Origin: Candidatus Bathyarchaeota archaeon
GTDB lineage: Archaea; Thermoproteota; Bathyarchaeia; Bathyarchaeales; Bathyarchaeaceae
NCBI GenBank assembly: GCA_963697165.1
Contig: CAVOMX010000024.1
Span: 32,001-96,000 of the forward strand
DNA length: 64,000 nt
Direction of reading: 5' to 3'
Below the pieces are notes generated by a model. It searched no databases and had not been told where the DNA came from. It saw only the letters and a list, made by a program, of their open reading frames with translations. Shown in pieces: positions 40,155-51,353 of the stretch; within the stretch, counting starts at the first letter, position 1, and each line of letters starts with the position of its first letter. The position numbers were made by a program, and so were the translations under genes.

Positions 40155-41668
40155 TATGTTCCCACCCTAGCCTTTCGGAAGACGCGTGAGGGTTCATCGT
40201 AATATTCTCTGATGACCGAGACGACGTCGGTGTACTTGCGGATCCCCTTTTGTACCATCCAATCTAGAACCGTCTTTCTTTGATGCAGCTCATCCTGAAC
40301 CTCTTTTTCGTTAAGTCCCTTACTTTTCATCTTTTCTTCTAAAAGGTGACTGTGACCAGAATAAACGAAGGAATCATGTCTTGCGTCCCATCGATACACT
40401 TCATGGGTCAACAGCTCCCTTGTTTTAGGATCTAAACCAATAATCTCTGTTACTGAACGGGTCCTTCGAACTGGTTTCCCATCAACTTCAGTTCGCAGCT
40501 GAACAGGAATGGCATTAATCATCGTCAAGAGTGGTCTTGGAATGTTCATTGGTTCCGACTCCAAACGGTGAATAACTGAACTCGCAGATTCGCCATGGAT
40601 TGTTCCCATTCCAAGATGCCCTGTTGCCATGGCTTGGAATAGAGTGTAAGCTTCTTCGCCACGAACCTCGCCCACAATCAGATAGTCTGGTCTCTGCCTG
40701 ACAGCTGCCCTCAAAAGATCAAATAATGTAACGCTTCCAGTTCCCTTCGTATCGTGACCAAAACTTGATCTTGCGACCGATGGAATCCAGTTTTCATGCG
40801 GCAAATTCAATTCAGCAGTGTCTTCTACGCTAACTATCTTCAGTCCAGGTTTTATGAACATCGAAAAACAGTTAAGTATCGTGGTTTTTCCTGAGGCAAC
40901 GCCTCCAGATACCAGAAATGATGCCCTGTTTTCGATGGCGTACCAAAAGTATGCAGCCATCTCAGAGGAGAGAGTGCCAAGTGCGATCAGGTCAGATATT
41001 GTTAGGGGGTCAACACGGAAGCGTCGTATCGTGAATGTTGAGCCTCGTCGTGTTATCTCGTTCCCGTAGGTCATTTGAATTCGACTGCCATCGGGTAGAG
41101 ACGCATCGAGGATTGGCATTGCAAGTGAGACGTTCTTTTTTGCCAAGTAAGCTAATCTTACTATGAACGAGTTTAGTTCTGTGCTATTTTTGAAGATAAT
41201 GTTTGTTGGAAGGGACTCGTAGTCTCGGTGCCAAACGTATATTGGTATATTAACTCCGTCTGCTGAGATGTCTTCAATCATAGGGTCTTTCATTAGTGGG
41301 TCAATTTTTCCGTAGCCTAGAAAGTCTCGTATGATATAGTAACCAAGTTTGTCCACTGCTTCCTCTGCGATTTTCAGGCGGTAATCCTTTATTATTTCAT
41401 TAATCTTTGTTTTCAGGTATTCCTCAGCTTTTTTTTGTGTTCCAATTTCTTTGAGATTAACATCGATTTCCTCAACCAGTATAGCCTTGATTTCTTTGAG
41501 TTGTTTTTCCTCTTCTTCAATGATGGTAGGTTCGATCAGTTCATATTTTATTCTGTGAGTGTTTGGTTCACTAACGATTGCGGCATAGACGTAGGGCTCA
41601 TGAATCGGGTATACCTCTCGAAAAACGGAGGATTTTCTTCCAAGAATCTGTTTTGAGTCTGTTTTCAT
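40154..41668 (-). CDS. Type IV pilus assembly ATPase (VirB11/ArlI family)
   Basis: GGVASGKTT, EDTAE, RQRPD...GEVRG.E, TGH...TIHG. Confidence 0.93.
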   Translation of the reverse strand: MKTDSKQILGRKSSVFREVYPIHEPYVYAAIVSEPNTHRIKYELIEPTIIEEEEKQLKEIKAILVEEIDVNLKEIGTQKKAEEYLKTKINEIIKDYRLKIAEEAVDKLGYYIIRDFLGYGKIDPLMKDPMIEDISADGVNIPIYVWHRDYESLPTNIIFKNSTELNSFIVRLAYLAKKNVSLAMPILDASLPDGSRIQMTYGNEITRRGSTFTIRRFRVDPLTISDLIALGTLSSEMAAYFWYAIENRASFLVSGGVASGKTTILNCFSMFIKPGLKIVSVEDTAELNLPHENWIPSVARSSFGHDTKGTGSVTLFDLLRAAVRQRPDYLIVGEVRGEEAYTLFQAMATGHLGMGTIHGESASSVIHRLESEPMNIPRPLLTMINAIPVQLRTEVDGKPVRRTRSVTEIIGLDPKTRELLTHEVYRWDARHDSFVYSGHSHLLEEKMKSKGLNEKEVQDELHQRKTVLDWMVQKGIRKYTDVVSVIREYYDEPSRVFRKARVGT

Positions 41669-41820
41669 TTAGTTCTCACATTTACTCCGATCCTCAGTTA
41701 GTCCACTGGCTAATTGGTTGATGGAGCTGGTTCACGGATTCACTACAAAAAAATAGGGCATATTAAGACTTAATAAAACCTATGGATTCGAAATCAATTA
41801 ACCCAAAACACGCAACAAAA

Positions 41821-43599
41821 CTAAGCCGCCCAAAAAGGAGACTCAACCCGCATAATCTCGATAAACTCATTTAATGCCTCGATTTCTTCAGGCGTCAAGC
41901 GGTCCTCAAACTTGGTTAAAAGCACCTTTGCGTGAGATTCAGGCACCCTAACGTAGAATGTCTCGCCCTCATGAATGTGGCGACCAACAACTGCTTTTCC
42001 CAAAGAAACAGCTACCTGCGAGCCGATATCCGCTTGCGATGCGGGTTTACCCTTGTCTTGAATCTGCAAAATTTCGCCGACATTACGTCCGTCTTCTTTG
42101 ACAAGAGTGAGTCGTGGTTTTATTCGCCCCGCTAAAACGTCGACGCCGACAACTGCGGGTTTAGCTTTTCGGAACACGTATCCGGGAAGAAACTTGACTT
42201 TGGCTGGTTTGACTAATCTGCTGAATTCTTCTTCAAGCCTTGCATCATCCTCTTGTTTCGCCCATTGGAGATACTCATCGATTAGACTGTAAATGGTTCT
42301 TTGATTAAATATTGGGACATTACGGTTTTTAGCTTCTTCTTCAGCGTCTGGGAGCACCTTAACGTTGAATGCTAAAATAACTCCATGAAGCTGTTCCCGC
42401 TCTTTAACAACTGCTGCCTCAGTTACGTCACGCTTAGATACATCGCCGACGTCAGCCACCTTTATCGGAACATTGTTTCGTTTCAAACTCTCGGCAATCG
42501 CTTCAAGAGACCCCAAAGCATCCGTTTTCAAAATAACGCCGTCCAAGTCGGTGGCAATCTTGATTTGCTCGACTTCGTCCGTAACCAATTTTATGTACTC
42601 TTCAAGACGGTCTTCGGAAGGAACAGCATACAACGGTGCACCAGCTAATGCATCCTCAAGATTTGGCGCTGCAATCTTTACTCCAGCCGCAGCCGAAACA
42701 GAAGTAACTGAAGAAAACTTGTCTCGTGGATCTCTGATTTCATCTAGAGGCTTAGGCAAGAAAATTGCGCGAATGTTCGTTACAATCGGTTTTTCTTTGG
42801 CGCCAACAACTATGAGGTCGCCCTTCTGAAGTATTCCATCATAAATAATCACGTTCGTCGTGATGCCTAATCCCGGTTCCTCTTTAACCTCCAGAACTGT
42901 TCCTTTTGCTGGACCCTCTGTTGTTTTGAGTCTGGACTGCAGATACTGCTGGGTCAAACCTATGAGAACGGCTAAGAGTTCGGGTATGCCTTCTCCGCTT
43001 TTGGCGCTTGTGGGGACGATGGCGATAGTTTTGGTGAAGTCTGTAACATTGTTGAATTTGTCTGTTCTGAAGCCCAGTCTGGAGAAAGTTCCCATAATAC
43101 GGTACAAGTTCTCGTCTAGCGCTTGTTGAACGTATGGGTCTTGGCTTCTATAAGAAGCTGAAAATGTTTCATCAGGATTAGGTTTCCATCCGGGTATACG
43201 ATCAATCTTGTTTGCCGCCACAAGGAAGGGCGTCTTCTTCTCTTTTAGGATGTCAAGGCACTCGTAGGTCTGCGCCTCAAATCCCCTTAGAACGTCAACT
43301 ACAAGAATTGCAATATCAGCTACTGCGCCGCCCCTTTTTCTCAAGTTAACGAAGGCTTCATGACCGGGAGTATCGATGACAAGCAGCCCCGGAACCTGCA
43401 CATCCGTTTTCAGTCCCTTAAACAGAGGTCCACAGATTTGGGCAAGGGTATCTACTGGAAAATAGCTTGCGCCGATGTGCTGGGTGATTCCTCCAACCTC
43501 GCGGTCTTGGACACTGCTTTTTCTGATTTTGTCAAGCAGTTTAGTCTTTCCAGCGTCTATGTGACCTAGAACCGAAACGATTGGCTGTCTTACCGGCAA
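41821..43599 (-). CDS. infB: Translation initiation factor aIF5B/IF-2
   Basis: RQPIV..LGHIDAGKT, GGITQHIGA, DTPGHEAF, NKID. Confidence 0.97.
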   Translation of the reverse strand: MPVRQPIVSVLGHIDAGKTKLLDKIRKSSVQDREVGGITQHIGASYFPVDTLAQICGPLFKGLKTDVQVPGLLVIDTPGHEAFVNLRKRGGAVADIAILVVDVLRGFEAQTYECLDILKEKKTPFLVAANKIDRIPGWKPNPDETFSASYRSQDPYVQQALDENLYRIMGTFSRLGFRTDKFNNVTDFTKTIAIVPTSAKSGEGIPELLAVLIGLTQQYLQSRLKTTEGPAKGTVLEVKEEPGLGITTNVIIYDGILQKGDLIVVGAKEKPIVTNIRAIFLPKPLDEIRDPRDKFSSVTSVSAAAGVKIAAPNLEDALAGAPLYAVPSEDRLEEYIKLVTDEVEQIKIATDLDGVILKTDALGSLEAIAESLKRNNVPIKVADVGDVSKRDVTEAAVVKEREQLHGVILAFNVKVLPDAEEEAKNRNVPIFNQRTIYSLIDEYLQWAKQEDDARLEEEFSRLVKPAKVKFLPGYVFRKAKPAVVGVDVLAGRIKPRLTLVKEDGRNVGEILQIQDKGKPASQADIGSQVAVSLGKAVVGRHIHEGETFYVRVPESHAKVLLTKFEDRLTPEEIEALNEFIEIMRVESPFWAA

Positions 43600-43695
43600 A
43601 GCGATTTTCCTCCAATATAATTCAGTAAATGGTTGCTTTTAGGTTCTACTAAAAGTTATTAACGAAAAAATATGGTGGTTGTTTTAGTTCCGAAT

Positions 43696-44342
43696 TCAGC
43701 TTATTTTCGTAAGGTACTTTTCACATTGAGTGATTATTTTGTCGATTTCTTCGATCGGGTAATTCGCGTCAATGTCCGCTATCAGACCCTTTGTGCGGAG
43801 ATAGTCACTAACAGGTTTTGTTTTTTCACGATATACAACTAACCTGTTTTGGATGACTTCAGGCTTCTCGTCTGCGCGTTGAATAAGTCTTCCACTGCAA
43901 CGATCGCATACCCCCTCAATCGTTGGGGGCACATTCTTTATGTGATATATTGCTCCGCATTTGCGGCAGGTTCTTCGTCCGCCAATTCTGGACATTATAA
44001 CCTCGTCAGGGGCAACAAAATTAAGGGCAACATCGATTTTTTTGAATTTCATCATGGCTTCTGCTTGGGGAACAGTTCTAGGATAGCCATCAAGAATAAA
44101 ACCGCCCTTGCAGTCATCCTGTTCCAGTCTATTCTTCACCAAATCGATGACTATTTCATCAGGAACAAGGTCGCCCCTAGACACGTAATCCTTTGTTTTT
44201 TTGCCTAATTCAGTCTCGTCTTTTATTGCTCTGCGGAAAAGGTCTCCAACAGAGATGGTGGGAATACCATACTTTTTTGAAAGAACTTCGGCGTATAGGT
44301 TCCCTTACCTACACCAGGAGGACCAAGCACTACAATATTCAT
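43696..44342 (-). CDS. adk: Adenylate kinase, bacterial type with Zn lid (frameshifted)
   Basis: MNIVVLGPPGVGKG, ISVGDLFR, GDLVPD, LDGYPRT, CRKC...CDRC, QRADE. Confidence 0.9.
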
Positions 44343-44398
44343 AGTCGTTCACCAAGCCTCAATGTCTACCCTTCAATATAGAAGGGTTGACCTTTCAG

Positions 44399-44602
44399 TT
44401 AAGCTCTCCCTTTTTCTTCCTTTCCGAAATATTTTGTCCACTTAACTTTTCGGGAGTCCCGCTTCAAATCAATAGAGCTTTTTCTACACTTGTTGGAACA
44501 GAACCACAAAGTTGTTCCATCGTTCTTTACAACCATCATGCCTGTGCCCGGTGGAAATTCGTGTCCGCAAAAAGAACAATCTCTGGACTTTGGCACTTGC
44601 AA
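44399..44602 (-). CDS. rpl24e: 50S ribosomal protein L24e
   Basis: CSFCG...PGTG...FCSNKC...KWT. Confidence 0.95.
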   Translation of the reverse strand: MQVPKSRDCSFCGHEFPPGTGMMVVKNDGTTLWFCSNKCRKSSIDLKRDSRKVKWTKYFGKEEKGRA

Positions 44603-44608
44603 ATCTCC

Positions 44609-44830
44609 TTATCGTCTGAGCCTTTTTGCTTCTCTTTCCGTATCTCTTAGGACGAGAATGTCGTTAGCGCGTACTGGACCCTTTACGTTCCTTGTTATGA
44701 TGCGTCCTTTGTCCATTCCTTCAAGAACTCGGACTCTTACCTGAGTAATTTCGCCAGTAAGTCCTGTCCGACCAACGACCTGAATAACTTCTGCAGGAAC
44801 TAGTTCAGTAGGGGCCTCTTTCTTGCTCAT
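44609..44830 (-). CDS. rps28e: 30S ribosomal protein S28e
   Basis: GRTG...RNVKGPVR...EREA. Confidence 0.96.
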   Translation of the reverse strand: MSKKEAPTELVPAEVIQVVGRTGLTGEITQVRVRVLEGMDKGRIITRNVKGPVRANDILVLRDTEREAKRLRR

Positions 44831-45213
44831 CCACTAGAGCCCTTCTGTTTTAGTTCCTCGATTCTGCTGGAAATTTCCTTTACCAAAGCAACTGCGTCGC
44901 CAACATTAGCGATTGCAGCCGCAGCTGAAGAGACTTCTATCCCTGAGGAAATTCCAAGTTTTTCTCTGCTTGGTACAAACACGTAAGGAATTTTTCGTTC
45001 CTCACAGAGGAGAGGGAGATGCGCCACAACTTCCGGCGGGTCTACATCTTCTGCAATAACTACGAGTTTTGCTTGACCTCTTTCAACAGCTTTTGTTGTT
45101 TCGTTAGTACCTATTCTAACAGACCCTGTTTGGTTGGCTATTTGCAGGGCTTCATAGGCTGCATCTACCACCTCATTGGGGACTACAAATTTTGCGTAAA
45201 ACGGTTTTGACAT
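44827..45213 (-). CDS. rpl7ae: 50S ribosomal protein L7Ae
   Basis: [19 protein letters not shown]. Confidence 0.96.
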   Translation of the reverse strand: MSKPFYAKFVVPNEVVDAAYEALQIANQTGSVRIGTNETTKAVERGQAKLVVIAEDVDPPEVVAHLPLLCEERKIPYVFVPSREKLGISSGIEVSSAAAAIANVGDAVALVKEISSRIEELKQKGSSG

Positions 45214-45599
45214 ATGCCTCACCCTATTTTTAAGTGCAGAGTCTATCGGAAACAGGGTTTATGAATGTTTCGACCTGAACGCCGTCACTTTACATATCTG
45301 TATGCAAAACATTGTTCCTTTTTTTGAAGTGAAACCCGAAATACTGTAAGATTTGCAAAGTTTTTCGTTAAATTGGCCACCAACTTTTTTTTGGATAACT
45401 TAGATGTGCTCTCACCCAGGCTTGTACCACGCTACCCTTTAAAGTTCAAATTTTGGATATCTCAGTATGAGATAGTAAATTATGGGATTTACGCATGCAT
45501 CTCAAGCTTCTCGGTGAGAGCGAGAAAGTGATTCGATCCATTCAGTAATAAATCTTATGAATCCCCAGAAACTAACCAATTACTATGGCGGTGATTTAG

Positions 45600-45842
45600 T
45601 TGGACCTGCTAAGCATTTATCTGTTAAACCTGGTAGTTACAATTGCCATGTTCACTGTGCTTGTATTTAGGGCGTTGGTGGAACATAAAAACTATAAAAT
45701 GATGTGGAAAGAACTGGAGTGGAAGAGAACCTGTGACACCGCGGGAAGGCTTCTGAAAGCCGAAAAGAGCTTATTCACCAAAGTTGAGGGCGGCGAAGAA
45801 CTCTACGAAATGCTCTGTGAACTGTTTAACAATAATAAGTAA
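45600..45842 (+). CDS. Small membrane-anchored hypothetical protein
   Basis: N-terminal TM helix; SD GGTGA upstream. Confidence 0.6.
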   Translation: MDLLSIYLLNLVVTIAMFTVLVFRALVEHKNYKMMWKELEWKRTCDTAGRLLKAEKSLFTKVEGGEELYEMLCELFNNNK

Positions 45843-46003
45843 GAACTCCACACCTTTCCAGTTCTGTTCTATCAGTTTCCGAATATGGTATTCGTTAAAA
45901 ATTGTTCCCATATCCTTACCTTAGAATTCGGGAAATGTAACCATGGAGTAGAGAATTTCCTGAAATGTGTCCTTTTGACATAATGTTGTGCTTAAATCAG
46001 ATT

Positions 46004-46620
46004 TTATTGAGTAATCTGTTCGGGTAAATGTTCTATTGCGTTCTTCCACGTGTTTTCAAAATACTCAGATACTATTGATAGAAAGCATGGGTTGTTTGTC
46101 CAAGTAGCAGAAGCTTCTGCCAGACCTGATGATGAAGACATGTCAATGACAGCTCTTTTATTATCAAAAATTGCAAGTATCGCAGGAGAGAGATATTGTA
46201 TGTATTTGAGTTGATAATTTGGATGCATTTCATTTTCTAGAATAGTTTTTGAAAGTGAATATTCGTTTTGAGGTTTTTCTAAAATGACTCGTATTTTCAC
46301 ATTTCGTTTTAGTGCGCTTTTTGTGCTCTCAGTAAATGTATGTATTTTGAGTGGAAATCTCTTCCACGAAGTGATAAAATCAAATGACGTTTGTGCGTTA
46401 CTAATTTCTTTATGTCGATTTCTGAGGTATGCTTCTTTTTCAGGAATAAAAATGAAGTTGTGCTCGTTCTCTTTTTCACCGTTTTTGTTCGGAAAATTCT
46501 TGAAAAATTCAATTAAATTCCGTGAATCCTCAAATGTCTTTAAGGTTTCCTGTTTTTTTCTTTTGTCTCTTAATAATATGAAATTATTTTGAGCCGTTTT
46601 TCTGAAATTTGGCCAGACAT
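46004..46620 (-). pseudogene. TrmB-family regulator remnant (effector domain only, HTH missing)
   Basis: The frame is open from the gltX stop to 46004 with no proper start. Motifs FIFIPEKE, DFITSWKRF, VKIRVIL, IFDNK, WTNNP...YFENTW. AT-rich. Confidence 0.55.
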
Positions 46621-46624
46621 ACTA

Positions 46625-48374
46625 CTATCGATGCGCAAAATATGCGGTCAACTTCTCATTAACCCTATCAACGCGAGCAAAGCCAAAACGCTGGAACTGA
46701 ACAATCTCATTTGGTCTCAACACCCTGCAGGCGTCTTCTGCGATTCCTTTATCCACGGAAGCGTCAGGCATCACAACTTCACATAGAACACCGCTATCAA
46801 AGGGAATCCAATGAATCAACGGAGCTCCAAGTTTCTTGGCTTCTTCGTAAGACTCACCCAAAAAAATGGCTTGAATCACTTCTTGTTCAATCTTTTTTAC
46901 TTTAAAATTAAAGAGATCCATAAAACGTATAGCATTCTTGCTTGCTATCCCCTCTACATCATCTTTCGAAATCAAGAAAACTGCTTTTCCCTTCTCAGGC
47001 TTTACCTCAAAACATCGAACGCCCATGTCGGAGTGATCAGGATGAAGTGGAATCTGAGCCATAAACTCGTGGGGAATATCATCTACAACTAATTTCACGG
47101 GATCATGAACAAAGAAGTAACGTTTAGCGTTGGGGTCAATCTGTTTTCTGTTGTGGGCATACAAGTTTTTCCAGCTTAACACAACATCTTGCGGCTTGGG
47201 ACCAACATCAATTATTAAACTATGGATTGCCTCCGCGGTTATTCCCCGTTTTCTTAGGGCTGCAATGGTGGCAAGTCGGGGGTCATCCCAGTGTTTGTAT
47301 AATCCGCTATCCATGCCCTTCACAATTTCTGATTTACTAAGTGACGCTCCTGTTATCTTCAGCCTGCCATAATGAATTGTTTCAGGATACTTCCATCCGA
47401 AGTGCCGATACATGTATTCCTGTCTAGCTTGATTGGTCAGGTGCTCCTTTCCTCGTATGATGTGCGTTATGCCCATAAGGTGGTCATCAATGCCTGTAGA
47501 GAAATTGTAGAGAGGCCAAACACGGTATTTGCTGCCCACTCGGGGATGAGGATACTTTTCTGTATCAACAATTCTCAATGCTGGCCAGTCTCGAACAGCA
47601 GGATTAGGATGATTCATGGTCGTCTTGATTCGAACCACTGCTTCTCCTTCACCGTACAGTTCCATCCAACATTCTGTTCCATCGAAGCAAGTTTTCGTCC
47701 GTCGACAATTCTCGGCAAGGACAAGATTGACCCATTTTCGTTTTTTCCTGAAAATCTTCACGTATGCATGTGCAGACGTAAGCGCCGCCCGTCTTGATGA
47801 TTTCTTCAGAGTGTTGGTAATAGATTGGGAGCCTCTCGCTTTGAATGAATTCAGCATCCCATTTGCAACCCAGCCACTTCAAATCCTCTCGGATGGCTTC
47901 ATAGAACTCCAGTTTTGGCTTCTTAGTTTTCGAGTCCGTGTCTTCAAAACGGAGATAAAAGAGTCCATTATACATTTTGGCGTAATCGTAACTGAGCAGT
48001 ATTGCCCTAGCCGAGCCTAGATGCAGAACAAAATCGGGGTTCGGAGAAAAACGGGTGACAACCTGATCGTACTTTTTGGCATTCGGCAAAGGTGGAAGCT
48101 GCCTTGTTTCTTCTGTTTTTTCTTCAACTAAAGCCTCAGGCCAATTCTCTGCAACGATTTCTCTCTGCTTCTCTAGGAGCAGCTCGTTGATTTCTTGTAC
48201 AATCTCGTTGATGATTGGGGTAATCTCATTTATTTGTCGCCTAAACTGGGGATGTTCCCCGAGTAGCTTGCCGAAAACAGGTTTAGGTGTAGCTTTTCCT
48301 TCGTAGCGAAGCGCGTTTAGAAGAACTATTTTTCTGATTATTTCTCTTGCTTCTTTTTCTTCTGTCGGATTCAA
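46625..48374 (-). CDS. gltX: Glutamate--tRNA ligase (frameshifted)
   Basis: RFSPNPDFVLHLGS, RFEDTD, THIIRGKEH, LSKS, QFQRFGF. Confidence 0.95.
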
Positions 48375-48396
48375 GGTGTGCCACTTAGTTTTTAGT

Positions 48397-49398
48397 TTAA
48401 TGTTGTCTAGCGAAAATAAAGTCTGATAGGCTTATGAGATCTTCTCTATCTTCTGAATCTGGAAAGATCGCAAGAGCCTCTTTGGCTCTTTCGATGTAAT
48501 TTTCTGCAAAATGTTTGGCGTAGTCAATTGCCCCCAAAGAATCAATCAGCTCAATCGTTTCTCGTATCTTTTCAGGAGTCGCATCCTTGTTTCCAAGCGT
48601 CTCAAGAATCTTTTTTCTCTGATTCTTTGAAGCCTTTTCGAGCGCAAAAACGACTATCAGAGTACGTTTTCCTTCCCGAACATCATTTCCAACAGGCTTT
48701 TTAAGAACTTTCTCGTCCGCAGTCAAAGCTAGAACATCATCAATTATCTGAAAAGCGATGCCTGAGTAGTGCCCAAACTCTCCAAGACACTCAACCTGTT
48801 TTTTGTTAGCACCGCCCAAGATTCCACCGCATCTTGCAGACGTTTTAAACAGTGCAGCGGTTTTGCCTTTGATCATTTCGAGGTATTCAGTCTCGGAAAC
48901 GGTTTCATTGTTTTCAAACATCATGTCTCGAGTCTGTCCCTCGCAGAGTGTTATTGTTGCTTCGCTGATTTCCTTCAATACCTGAAGTATTCGTTTGGGT
49001 GCTACATGTTTGGTCTCTGTATATTTGGTGATTGCCTCGTAGACCTTAGCGAAGAGAAGGTCTCCCGCCACTAAGGCGATGGGTAGTCCCCATTGAGTAT
49101 GAACCGTTGGGACTCCCCGCCTCTTCTCATCCTGATCCATTATGTCATCGTGAATAAGAGTGAAAGTGTGAAGCATCTCTAAAGCTGCCGCCGTTGGAAT
49201 CGCATCCTCTTCTCTTCCTTCGACAAGCTTACAGCATTTCAAAACAAGGAAGGGTCTTAGCCGTTTTCCTCCAGCATCAATTATCTGTCGGGAAGCTCTG
49301 TAGAGCGGCTGGGGCTCACTCTTTATGTCAACAACTTTCTCGATGAAACTGTTCACTTTCTGGGCTGATTCAGCTATCTGAGATGATAGACGACTCAT
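48397..49398 (-). CDS. idsA: Geranylgeranyl diphosphate synthase
   Basis: GGKRLRP, HDDIMD..RRG, FQIIDD, GND..EGK. Confidence 0.93.
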   Translation of the reverse strand: MSRLSSQIAESAQKVNSFIEKVVDIKSEPQPLYRASRQIIDAGGKRLRPFLVLKCCKLVEGREEDAIPTAAALEMLHTFTLIHDDIMDQDEKRRGVPTVHTQWGLPIALVAGDLLFAKVYEAITKYTETKHVAPKRILQVLKEISEATITLCEGQTRDMMFENNETVSETEYLEMIKGKTAALFKTSARCGGILGGANKKQVECLGEFGHYSGIAFQIIDDVLALTADEKVLKKPVGNDVREGKRTLIVVFALEKASKNQRKKILETLGNKDATPEKIRETIELIDSLGAIDYAKHFAENYIERAKEALAIFPDSEDREDLISLSDFIFARQH

Positions 49399-50495
49399 GC
49401 CTTTCTCCTCGCGTAAACTTCAGGCGGAAAACCTCGCAGTTTTAACCATTCGGCAGTCTTTCCAGTCAATACAACCGGAACTTTCTGTAATTCTTTAATA
49501 GAGTCTGCTCCTACAAGGAACATCGCATTTCTCACTTCCTCAACCAAATGCTGAATCGCCTTTTTAACATCTTCCGAAGACTTTGTGGCTGGCTGCAGAA
49601 ACGGGTAAGAGGCACTAGCCAAACTTGAGCCTAAAGCTAAAGCCTTTGTAACATCTATTCCGTTTCTTATTCCACCTGACGCTATTACAGGAACATTGAT
49701 TGACTGAACAGCTTCTACAATGCTAGCTGCGGTGGATATGCCCCAATCCCAGAAAGTTTCTCCCAACCTTTGGCTGAAGTCGTCTTGACGCGCTTTTGCT
49801 CGGTAATATTCTACCGCTGCCCAGCTGGTTCCTCCCGCTCCCGCCACGTCGATTCCTGCAATATCCGTTGTTGCAAGCAGTTTCGCATCCTCTGATGCTA
49901 TCCCTGCTCCAGTCTCCTTCACTATAACTGGAACGTCTAGCTCTTGGGTAAGCTCGCTTATCTTATGGAGTAGACCAGAGTAGTTTGTGTCGCCTTCTGG
50001 CTGCACCGCCTCCTGTAATGCGTTCAGGTGGATTGCCAAGGCGTTGGCTTGCACCATCTCAACTGCCTTCTTTGCTTCCTTTACCCCATATTTGCTGACG
50101 AGCTGTGGACCCCCAATGTTGGCTATTATGAATGCTGTTGGCGCCTTCTCTCTAACTATGCTAAATGAGTGTTCCACTTTTGGGTTGTCAATCGCTATTC
50201 TTTGGCTTCCGACACCCATGCCAAGGTTTAGTTCCTCAACTGCTTCGGCTATTGCAGCGTTTATTTTTGTAGCTTTTGCGGTGCCACCTGTCATGGCTCC
50301 AACAAAGATTGGCGCAGAAAACTTGTAGCCGAAAACGGTTGTTGAGATGTCAACTTCTTCTCTTTCAATCTCTGGAAGAGCCCTATGTACAAGATTAACA
50401 TCTTCAAATCCCGTTGTAACTTTTCTGGATTGAACATTTTCTTTAAGACAGACTTCTATATGGTCAGCTTTCCTTTCTCCAATAATATCATCCAA
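49395..50495 (-). CDS. fni: Type 2 isopentenyl-diphosphate isomerase
   Basis: RKADH, MTGG, GSQR, HLN..QE..QPEG, KETG, GGTSW. Confidence 0.95.
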   Translation of the reverse strand: MDDIIGERKADHIEVCLKENVQSRKVTTGFEDVNLVHRALPEIEREEVDISTTVFGYKFSAPIFVGAMTGGTAKATKINAAIAEAVEELNLGMGVGSQRIAIDNPKVEHSFSIVREKAPTAFIIANIGGPQLVSKYGVKEAKKAVEMVQANALAIHLNALQEAVQPEGDTNYSGLLHKISELTQELDVPVIVKETGAGIASEDAKLLATTDIAGIDVAGAGGTSWAAVEYYRAKARQDDFSQRLGETFWDWGISTAASIVEAVQSINVPVIASGGIRNGIDVTKALALGSSLASASYPFLQPATKSSEDVKKAIQHLVEEVRNAMFLVGADSIKELQKVPVVLTGKTAEWLKLRGFPPEVYARRKA

Positions 50496-50501
50496 CTGTT
50501 T

Positions 50502-51311
50502 TCACCCTTTCTCAATAATTGTACCCGTCACTTCTTCTCCCCTGAGTGCCTTGTAGATCCTCATGGGTTTTGTGGCATTTACAATCAACGTTTGAATATT
50601 ATGTTCGATTGCAGGAATTAATTCACGCATCTTTCCCAGCATGCCTCCTGTCACGTCGGTTGCCTTCGACCCTTCTATCTGATGTTTTTGGGTTTTTAAT
50701 TCTTCAAATGTAACACGTTGAATCAACTTGGCTGAAGAGCACGATTTGGGGTCTGCTGTGTAGATGCCATCAACGTCTCCACCCATTATGATGCGGGATG
50801 CACCAAAATTTATTGCCAATGAAGAAACAAGCTGGTCTCCAGACAGTATGGCAAAGCCTTTCTCTGAGTCGAGGACTGCGTCTCCGTAGAGGACTGGTAC
50901 AAGCCCCATTTTGAGCATTTTTTTTAGCGGTTTTCGTTCCATACTTTGGATTCGACCCATTTTCGTTACCACACAGGAAGACGGCTGAACAACTACTGCG
51001 TTAATATTATGGTTTATTAGAGCCTCCATAACCAAAATGTTCAGCTTGGTCATGGCGCGATGGGTCTCCGAAAACCCAATAACCTGTGATGGGTCACCGT
51101 ACCCTTCAGTTAGGTTATATTTTTTTGCAATCGGATGCCCAAAAGAGCCTCCTCCATGAACCAAAATGAGCGACGAAACTTTGGCTTGAGAAATTTCTTC
51201 TGCCAACCGTTCAATTGCCTCCAAGTTGGGAGTCAATGGCTTATTCTTGTCTGTTATCACAGAACCGCCGAGCTTCAGAACAGTTGGCTTAACGATCATC
51301 CTTCCCACCAT
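50502..51311 (-). CDS. ipk: Isopentenyl phosphate kinase
   Basis: KLGGSVITDK, HGGGSFGH, SGD, DVTGGM. Confidence 0.93.
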   Translation of the reverse strand: MVGRMIVKPTVLKLGGSVITDKNKPLTPNLEAIERLAEEISQAKVSSLILVHGGGSFGHPIAKKYNLTEGYGDPSQVIGFSETHRAMTKLNILVMEALINHNINAVVVQPSSCVVTKMGRIQSMERKPLKKMLKMGLVPVLYGDAVLDSEKGFAILSGDQLVSSLAINFGASRIIMGGDVDGIYTADPKSCSSAKLIQRVTFEELKTQKHQIEGSKATDVTGGMLGKMRELIPAIEHNIQTLIVNATKPMRIYKALRGEEVTGTIIEKG

Positions 51312-51353
51312 TATTCCCCATTTTTTACAGTAGGCTAGTTGACTGCCTGATTT

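Noticed and set aside
36171..41668. Archaellum operon
   Set aside because: No arlH/F/G or chemotaxis genes; two T2SS-F genes plus pilins fit an adhesive type IV pilus.
41695..41716. Hairpin upstream of the pilus ATPase as a riboswitch
   Set aside because: Only one short stem, with no recognisable aptamer consensus.
45458..45474. Palindrome TATCTCA-GTA-TGAGATA
   Set aside because: Single short copy with no assignable regulator; could be chance.
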